Below are positions 50,501 to 59,500 of a stretch of DNA of 64,000 nucleotides, piece by piece. Where the stretch lies: the NCBI GenBank assembly GCA_000708835.1, contig DF237027.1, forward strand, positions 169,188 through 233,187, in the 5' to 3' direction. The translations under genes and the position numbers were made by a program. Each line of letters begins with the position of its first letter. Positions within the stretch are counted from its first letter, which is position 1. The notes under the pieces are model-generated. The model saw nothing but the letters and a program-made list of their open reading frames with translations, was not told the origin of the DNA and made no database searches. Source of the DNA: Klebsormidium nitens (Eukaryota; Plantae; Klebsormidiophyceae).

Positions 50501-53500
50501 AGGCATGGTGAGCTGGCAGATCTTGCGCAGGCAGGAAGCATCTCTCACGACTTGAGGTGCCCTGCTTCCTTGTTTGAAGAGGGTATTCAGATGTAAGAGC
50601 CGTTTCTCAGCCCAGGAATCTTCTGCAGCAACCACTGGCGAAACGACCGCAGCCCCACTTAACGGAGTTTCGAGTCTGTCGGTTTGACGGGCACGTCAGG
50701 AACTCATTTGGTTTAACCCAAGCACTTGGACTGTCTCGAACACCATCTGAATGGACTTGTAAGGAGCTGTTTGATGTCTTGCAGGTGTAGAAGTTGGTGT
50801 AAAGCACCAGGAAGTGCGTAGCATGAGCGCAGGAACAGCGCGTCGAGCATATTCTGGGGCAGAAAGCTGGTTAATTCAGTCGACCCATATCTTTCAATCT
50901 CCATCACTTCTGATTGTCCGGCTTGTTCCAAAAACATCGCACTTAGACACCTATTATGAGTAGGCAACGGCGGGGAGGATCCGCAGGAACAGCGTGCCAA
51001 GCGTATGGCGAGTAGAAGGCCACTCAAGTTGTTCAAATGATATATCAGCATTCCAAAGTCGTCACCATCAAAATCTTCAGGGTTGTCCTCCAAGACATCG
51101 CACTTCGGAACGTACCATGAGTAGACGACGGCGGGAAGGATCCGCAGGAAGAGCGCGTCGAGCGTGATTTTAGGCAGGAAGTAACTGATGGTGCGGTAGT
51201 ATTTGCCGGAGCCCTCTTGCGTGAAGATAATGCGCTCCGTGATGAACGCCTCCAACGCGCTCAGGCTCGCGAGCGAGAAGAAGGCCACCGAAAAGAGGAA
51301 CGCGCCCTGCCGGTTCTGCAAAAAGAAAGGCGAAAGTCTCTTGAGTATGTTTTCCATTTGGGACATATTCTGCGAGAGACAAGTCGGAACAAAGCACACG
51401 CTGCGACGCTGCCGGGAAAAGCTATGAAGACCCAGAGCAAAGGAGAGAAAACAAGGGAAGGCAACAAGGGAAGGGAACTCTGGAACAAGCGTGACGCTTC
51501 CGATGAAAGTCTTAAACACCAACTTAAAGAGGGCCGACGGGAACCAGAACGTTATGCAGAAACGAGAAGGGAAGGCTATTAAAGATTGGTCTTCCGTAGA
51601 CTTCTCGGAAAGAGAAAAGGTGGAACAAGAAAGGCGCTGTGATGCTTCCTTATGAGGACAACGACAACAAGGGCCGACGCGCTCTGCCGATGCTGGGGGG
51701 GGGAAAAAGCTCCTGCAAAAGCAGGCGACCCGTGCAAAGGGCAACCAGATACACGTTGCGCCCAGTCATTTCGCACGAAAAGAGGCAGAGGGGCCTCAAG
51801 CTCAGCCTTTCACATCAACAGAAGCAGGAAAAACTGATCTTTGCTCGTTTCCCGCCTGATCTGAATCCCAGGTCTGTCGTTGGTCCAATTACTGTAACAA
51901 CCCGCGCACAAGGAACGTCAGCATTTGGCTCACAAACAGACTTGACCATTCACTTTCTGCGTCTGATATTGACAGCAACCTTTTGCCACTTTTGCATCTA
52001 ACCAATACAACCTTATGTTTTCTCACCTGGTTCCCCGCAATGTCGTTCGTCACATTTTGGAACACCCCCCCCAACGAGCAGCGCCATGAGCAGGCTCGCA
52101 AACAAATCAACCTCTCGCTTTCTGCTTCAAAAACTTGAATGTATTATCTTTGCACTCTCTGGCTTCCAAAATCGTGAAACTCTTTCTATCCTTACCTGGA
52201 TCCCCGCAATGTCATTCCGTGACGTTCTGGAACACCCCTCCCACGAGCAGCGCCATGAGCAGGCTCACGAACAGAATCAGTGTCTCGCTTTTGCTTCTAA
52301 GACTAGACTCTTTTCTTGGCCTTGCTTCTACTTATCCGATATTCTCTCTCTTCTCACCTGGATTCCAGATATGTCGTCCTTCACGTTCTGGAACACCCCC
52401 CCGACGAGCAGCGCCATGAGCAGGCTCACAAACAGATGCAGCGCGAGCAGCGCCGGATTCCGCACCACGTTCGTGATTTCGCGTCCGTACAACACGCCCA
52501 ATTCCGTGAGCATGCTCCGGTGGAAGTCCGGTCCGGTGAGGGACGTTCTGAGCGTGCGCTTTTCCGCCGGAACGTGGGACTGCTTCTCCTTCCGACGGGC
52601 GAAGCTTTGGAAGATGGGGGAGAGCATTTTGACTGCGAGCTGCGAGGGAGGAAAAGAGCAATCTGTATATGCATATAGACACTCAAGCATGAGCGGATCT
52701 TTCGATTCCGGTGACATGCATCAACGAGTTTCAGGTGTTGTGAGCGACTTTTTGTGCGTGCGCTCTTTGGCGGAAAAGTAGAAACATCTCCCCTTCACCC
52801 AGGAAAGCTAAACTAGGGATACGAACTTGACTGCGAAATGCGGAAGGGAGGCTGGAAATCAAGCCAGTTCATTGGCGAAGCTACTCTATCCATGTCAAGC
52901 TGCAAGGTAAGGAAGACTGACAAGATTTCACGGGGTACGCAGGCATGACTACGATCGACCGTGAACGCTCCTTTGCTGATGGACTTTGCTGATGGAAGTG
53001 TGCCCAGAAAAGCGGGTCGATCATCGTTTCAAAATCACACGGTCTAATCTTGCAGAGAGTATATGCAGAAATGCGAAGAAAGTGCAGGTTTTGGAGAGCA
53101 GGCAGAGCGGATACAGCAGGATGCTGACGACCTTGAGAGAAGGACCGCTCCAGTGCTAGTATCGCGAACAAAGTTTGACGTGTGGGTCCGGGACCCCAAT
53201 ATCGTAACCCCAATCAACGTGCTGGCGATAGGCTATCGCAGAAGTCTCATAAATGCAATTAGGCATCCGTGGTCGATCACTTGACGTTCACGAAAGAAAA
53301 GCAGAGTTAGCCGGATGCAGATTGTACTAGAAAACCTCTTTCAGTGTTTCGGGGTTTTTGGGACCCTAACGCTAAAAACCTGAAGAGTCTAACCTGCGGA
53401 GGAGGGGGCTTGTCGGCACGGGTTTTCAAGGGAGCTCCTTCCACCATGAGGGGGGTGAGAGAAGACTGGCGAAAAATGCCCTTGGTAGGGGGGTTGGACG

Positions 53501-56500
53501 GTGGGATAGGGACGGTCAGGGGGGCGTGATCGACGGAAGGGATGTGGGCGGTACCATTGACGTCGTCATACTTGCGGGAGGCAGCCTGGAAATATACCAC
53601 AGAAGAGTCGTGAGACGGAGAAAAGTTTCGAGTTTTTCTTTGCAAGACACGGAATTTGCATTGGCAATCCACTCACTGGAATTAGGTTCAATGCGAGACT
53701 CTACCAACACTCAATGAGTAATTATAAGCTCTTGAAGTTCAATTCCCTCAGGTCGCTGTCCCCTGGTCAGTGAAATCGGCCTTTGCACACGCATTCAAAA
53801 CGAAGGCTCTATACGTTAGTTACATAATGCATTCCCGTTCTTCTCTTAGCTCCGCGGCCTAATTGTGTTTAAGCAAGTTCTTCGGCGTTTCGAAGGGTTC
53901 TATCGGCCCCAGTTGCTTTCACTTAACTGCGTCAGCGCGTGCGGTGGCACCCATTTCGGGTCGTCAAATTCCTCCGCCTCGCTAACCACTTGCAACATAT
54001 GGTCCGCAAAGTTGCGCCCGACGGCGCACGGGTGCCCTAACCGATCGAAGTAACCGTAGATATCCCTTTGCGGGCCGAAGTAGATGACGCGTCCGCGCTT
54101 TGACATCAACAAGACTTGGTCGAACTCTTCAAAGGTCGCTTGACTCGGCTGGTGAACGCTGAGAACGACGATGGAGCCGCGACGAGCGGTGTCGTGGAGG
54201 AGGCGCACGAGGCGCGCAGCGGTGTGGGCATCGAGGCCGCTCGTGGGCTCATCTGCAAGAAGTGCGTGAAGACACGGTTAGACCTGAGGGTTAAAATCGA
54301 TGTTGAAGTGCCGCTTGGCTGGGCTGGTGCACGCTGAGGACGACATTATAGCAGCAGCGCGCGGCGGTGTGGGCGTCCAGGCCGCTCGTGGGCTCGTCTG
54401 CGGACAGTGGGGTGATAGTAAGGTTAGCCCTAGGGTTAGGGTCGGATCAAAAGTGCGCGAGGCGCACAGCGGTGTCGGCGTCGAGGCCGCTCGTGGGCTC
54501 TTCGGTAAAGCAAGGGTTTACAGAAAGGGTTAGCATCTACTCGTTGGCTAAAAGAGGACATGTTGAGGAGGAAATGCACAAGGCGCATATAGTTGCGGGC
54601 ATCGAGGCCGCTTGCCAGTCGAAATGAACGGCCGAACTTTTGTTCTAAAATTTGTAGATTTGGCTGGGCGCTTGATCAGTTCTGACATTATAGGCCGGTG
54701 CTTATGAATAACTTTCAATCTGCAGTAATGGGAACTTAGACGAGCTCACCTAACAAGACAATGCGCGGGTCGGACACCAGCTCCATCGCAATCCTGACAC
54801 GCCGCCGCTCCCCACCACTCAACCCCGGCCGCCCGAAAGTGCCTCCCACGCGGTTATGGATAACCCGGGCCAAACCTAGGTAATCAATAATCTCATCCAC
54901 CTTCTGTAACTTCAGTCGCTTGGGCATATAAGCTGGTAGCCGCAGAAGGGCGGCATAACGTATGGTCTCTTGCACGGTGAGGACGCTGTATAAGAAGTCC
55001 TCCTGGGGGAGATAAGCGGCCAGGTAGCGGTACCCGTCATCTCGTATGAGGCCGTCGACGGTTATGCGGCCGTATGGGGTCGTGCCTGCGGTGCGCCCCC
55101 CGCCGATGCCTGAAGCGGGGAACGAAGAATGACGTCAGCATGGCAAAACCAGAAACAGCGGCTTCGCACAATGAAAAAAGTGAGACATCGAAGTTGAGAG
55201 CGATTGGAGGCCACAATATCAAAGAATTTAGGCGAGCTTCGAAGTACGAAGCAATTCGCCAACTCAATCTGAGTTTGCAGGGATTCAAAAAGCATGAAGA
55301 CAAACCTGTCCGAACAATAGGCTCTGCAGAAAGACGGACGGCTTTTGCATATGGAAGCAGCTGCGTGTAGGTCTTCCAATCGAAACATTTTGAGAGCGGG
55401 TAGTCGAGTGAAATGATCGAGCGAACTCACACGGTCCCAAACAATTCTCTATGTCGTCGTCTTCTTTCATAGCCTGAACGGGCATGCCGATAAGGCATCT
55501 GCAACCACGTGTCCAGTAGCAGCGGGAACAAGGACAAAGCTCAATCTGGCAGATGTGATAAGTTCCAACAGCACGAAACATCGCCAACTCCGAGATGACC
55601 CAAAAGCACCCTGCCAAACGCAAGCAACAATCTTCCCAAGCACCCTGCCAGCCGCCACCAAGAATCTCTAGACTTCCCACCTGCCAGAACGTTGAGGAGG
55701 GTCGTCTTGCCGGACCCCGTGGGCCCCATGATCGCGAGCATGCTCCCGCTCTCGAGCCGGAGGCTGACGTTGGAAACAATGAGCGAGCGCTCTTTGGAGT
55801 AAGACTCGGCCCCGCGCAGACGGCGCCGCAGGGCGAAGTAGCGGCGGACGCCCAACCACGATATGCCGACCTGCGCAAAAAGAGTAGAGGGTCAAGGTTT
55901 TGGATCAAAAAGGTTTCTAGGAAGTAAAGCAATCTATGTCGCAAATGTTCCGATCAGCGGCGCCGGATGGCGAAGTAGCGGCGGACGCCCAACCAAGAAA
56001 TGCCGACCTGCGCAGATGGGTAAAAAGCTTAGCCTCTCTTGTTCAACAGTCTGAAATATCCTGCAATCTATGTATGCAATCCAGAAGTCCCCATCGGAAA
56101 AGTTCCGATCAGGGCAGCGACAGAGGGTGAAGAAGCGTCTGGCGCCCAAGAGAGATACGCCGACCTGAGCAGAGGGATAAAGCTTTGAGCTCTACGAATC
56201 AGGCTTCCGAGGTTCCAGTAGTTTTTCAGAGAGGTTTTGATCCTCGCTGTTAGGCAGCGTGGAGGGCGACGGACGCCTAGACAAATCTTGCGGACTAACG
56301 GAGTTATAACGAGTCAGGATTTCGAGGTTTAAGAGGAGCCGATAAAAGGAGCATGCTAGGTGAAGCAAAGACTGGACTGATAAGGAGGATTAGGGTGACA
56401 CGTAATCTGCCAGACTGCGTAGATCATTGCACAGGTTGTTTGCTTTACAACAGTGAACCCTCTTGGAGGCGCTCAGGTCACCCTCACGTTTTCGACGGAC

Positions 56501-59500
56501 TTTCTTTCCTTGCCAAAAGCGCTGTCCCCTCCTATTCGCATGTTGTCTTGGTCCGCAACAAGACGCGTGCAGCTTAGCTTTGACCCTCTGGATTAAACTC
56601 TCCCCATTGGCTACCAACAGTTTCTCAACCACAACCTTTTCACTTTCAACCGATATCCAAGAGCGATTTGCCTCTCCCGTTCGCGAATCAACGTGAGCCG
56701 CAAGAGATTTAAAAAAGCGCGTTCTGCTCACCCTTCGGATCAGACTTTCCCCCTTGACCACCGACAGGTTCTCGACCACGAGTTCTCTTCCGGGCGCAAT
56801 CGGGGCGTCCTCAAATTCAGGCGCGCCAGCCAGCGCGTCGCCCAAAAGACCGTCCACGTCAGCGAGGGATGCAGCCCCGTTTGCGGCGGCAGCATACGCC
56901 GCAAAGCGCTGCTCCTTGTAAGCCATCCAAGCCAGGAACTGCTGCTCCTTTTTGGCTCGGTAACGAAGACGGGCCCATCTGAGAGAGAAAAAGGGAAGCT
57001 TATATGAAGCGTCCCAGTGGAATGCTCCGAGCAATTTGTGGCGGCTGCATATGTTGCGAAGCGCTGCTCCTTATCCGCCATCCAGGCAAGGAACTGCTGC
57101 TCCTTTTTGGCTCGGTAACGAAGACGGGCCCACCTGAGAAATAAAGAAAAAGCTTGATCGAAGCGTCCCCGTAGAATGCTCCGAGTAATTTGCAGCGGGT
57201 GGCGTATGCCGCAAAGCGCTGCCAATGAACTGCGGGTCCTTTTTGGCTTGATAGCGGAGACGAGCCCACCAGAGTAGAAAGAGAAGGATCGGAACGAGAG
57301 TGAAGCGCCCGGTAGAATGAAGCGAGCGGTGTTTAACGGAGGCTGGAAAGCATGCAGTATGCTCAGATGCATCCCCCGATGATTTGTAAAAGTTGGGCCG
57401 ATCCAGCCGTGCTGCGTGGCCCACAGAATGCCCAGAATTCACTGTTCCTTCCCTGAAAGGACGACCCCAAGCATCCCTCCATCGAAGAACTAAATTACGA
57501 GGTTCTGAGCGGGCAACGAGGGCACCTCTGGGACCTCACATCCCACCCGACTTCCCCAACTCCATTAGGCCAGAATCACGCCGAGGGATCCCCCGATCAG
57601 ACAGACCGCAGATTTAAAAGAATGGGGGTTTGAAGGTGCTCTTACCTCCCAACCACAATCCCGACCCCCAGTACGGCCAGAACGCCCCCGAGGGATCCCC
57701 CGATCGCCGCCCAGTTGGTGCCCTTGGTTTCGAGGACGAAAATGCTGGCTCCGTTCGAACACTCAGTCGCGGAGCATGTCGCGACAATGTTGACGGGAAA
57801 GCCGACCACGATTAGCGTGCAGTCGGTTCCTCCGTTGCCCGTGCATTTGAAGTCGGCCGATCCGGAGACTTGGGGCACGATGCCGTAGACTGTACTGTCG
57901 GGACGACAGGGAATCTGCAGCGAAGAGAGGCGGCAGGAACCAGAGTGTAAGAAACTTAGCGAAAAGTTTCGGAGGGTCGTCGTTCAAGAGAGAAAAGGGA
58001 GAGAAAGAGAGGACGGAAAAAGATCACACAGCATATAGGTTGGTGCACTTTGCAATCTGGTAACCTCGAAGACAAGGACGCACCGACCCCAGAACAGATA
58101 TTGTCCATAAAGAGTACTCAAAGCGGAACCTTCTACATCTGGCAAATCCCCCGCATTACAGCCGATCCGTTCAGCAGATTCACCGTTGTGTTCCAACGTT
58201 ATCGAGCTTTAAGACTTGAAAAAGCTGAAAAAAAAGGCTACAGGGGATTTCCACAACGGAGCCTGCGTGAACTAAGGCGTTTGGTTCGTGGCACGCACGC
58301 TGTGCAAGACCTCTCAAAAGGAGGTATCGTAACTCCAAAGCAACAACCACAAGACAAGCAGGGAGACAAGAAGAAAGGTGGCTTTCCGAGTCCCCCCGGT
58401 TTCATTTCAGTTCGTAGCTTTAAAACCGCTCCGAAGTGTTTTGGAAATCATTCAAACCAATCGTCTTTAAAGAGGGCGTTGGCGGATGCATCCGCAGTGA
58501 CGTCAAGAGCGACATACAGCCCCGAGTATCAGGTTGATTGTCGCCAAGAAATGACATCAGCAAGAGACCACGTGGTACCATCTTAGCGACCAGATACCAG
58601 CATTCTCACTCTTATTGTCGCTGCTTTTTTGTCGTATTGCCACGCCCTCTTTAAACAAGCACTACGAAATAACCGCGCTTCTCAAAGCACGCACTACGAA
58701 AGAAGAAGATCCAAAGATGAAAACTCACAATCGCATCCCCGCAGTCGCACTTGGTCCTGGCGCACCGGAACGCGGTCGTCCCCGCAGTGGCCGTGCATTC
58801 GTAAGCCGTGCAATTGACGGGCGTTCTGTACTTGTCCGCGGCCCGAAACCTGACGTCAGCGAGGCCGCTGCTGACATTTACCGCGATCGAGACCCCCTTG
58901 TCGACGACGTTCTGGAGGTTGGCGTCGGTGATCTGGCAGTCGTAGTTCTTGGTCGTCGTGTTGAGGCCGTACAAGTTCGACTGTTCGCACTGGCTGTAGC
59001 CAATGAGCTGCGGGTTGAAAAGTAGTGTCAGCAATGGCAAGCGTTTACTAAGCCGGACAGTTTGACACAGAACGTAGAAAGAGTATTGCTGGAATTTCAG
59101 ACAAACGATGGACAATTCAGTGAGTCCAACCTACTTGATGCAGGATAGAACGCTTGGTCAAACTGGGCGGACGAGCAAGGTGCCAAGAATTTCAGCAAGG
59201 AACTAGTGTGGCGTAAGTGCTTTTGCCCGTCGAGTGGGACGCTCGAAAAGTAGATCGAACATGCAAAAGCGGAGCAGCTGCAACGAGAGATTCGTGTCTC
59301 CATTCGGCGGCTAAAAACATCATTACCAACTTTTAGATTTCGAGCTTGGCGCATAAGCTTATCCTCAGAACCGCAGCAGCCGCTTGCGTCTTGAAAGGAG
59401 TGCAACAGATTTCGTCTTTCTGTTTCCTTCCGCCTCCTCTGCTCAGGTCCGTGCTGCCAAACTTGTACAGAGTAACGAGTGGCCACAGAATGACCTTCTT

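Noticed and set aside
48136-51744. Long ORFs 48136-48999 and 50713-51744 as stand-alone genes
   Set aside because: They are ABCG exons 15 and 13 read through into stop-poor repetitive or echo-containing introns.
49800-57300. Repeat-spacer appearance suggesting CRISPR arrays
   Set aside because: Repeats are diverged, 50-100 bp, derived from adjacent eukaryotic exons and 105-180 bp apart; no cas genes.
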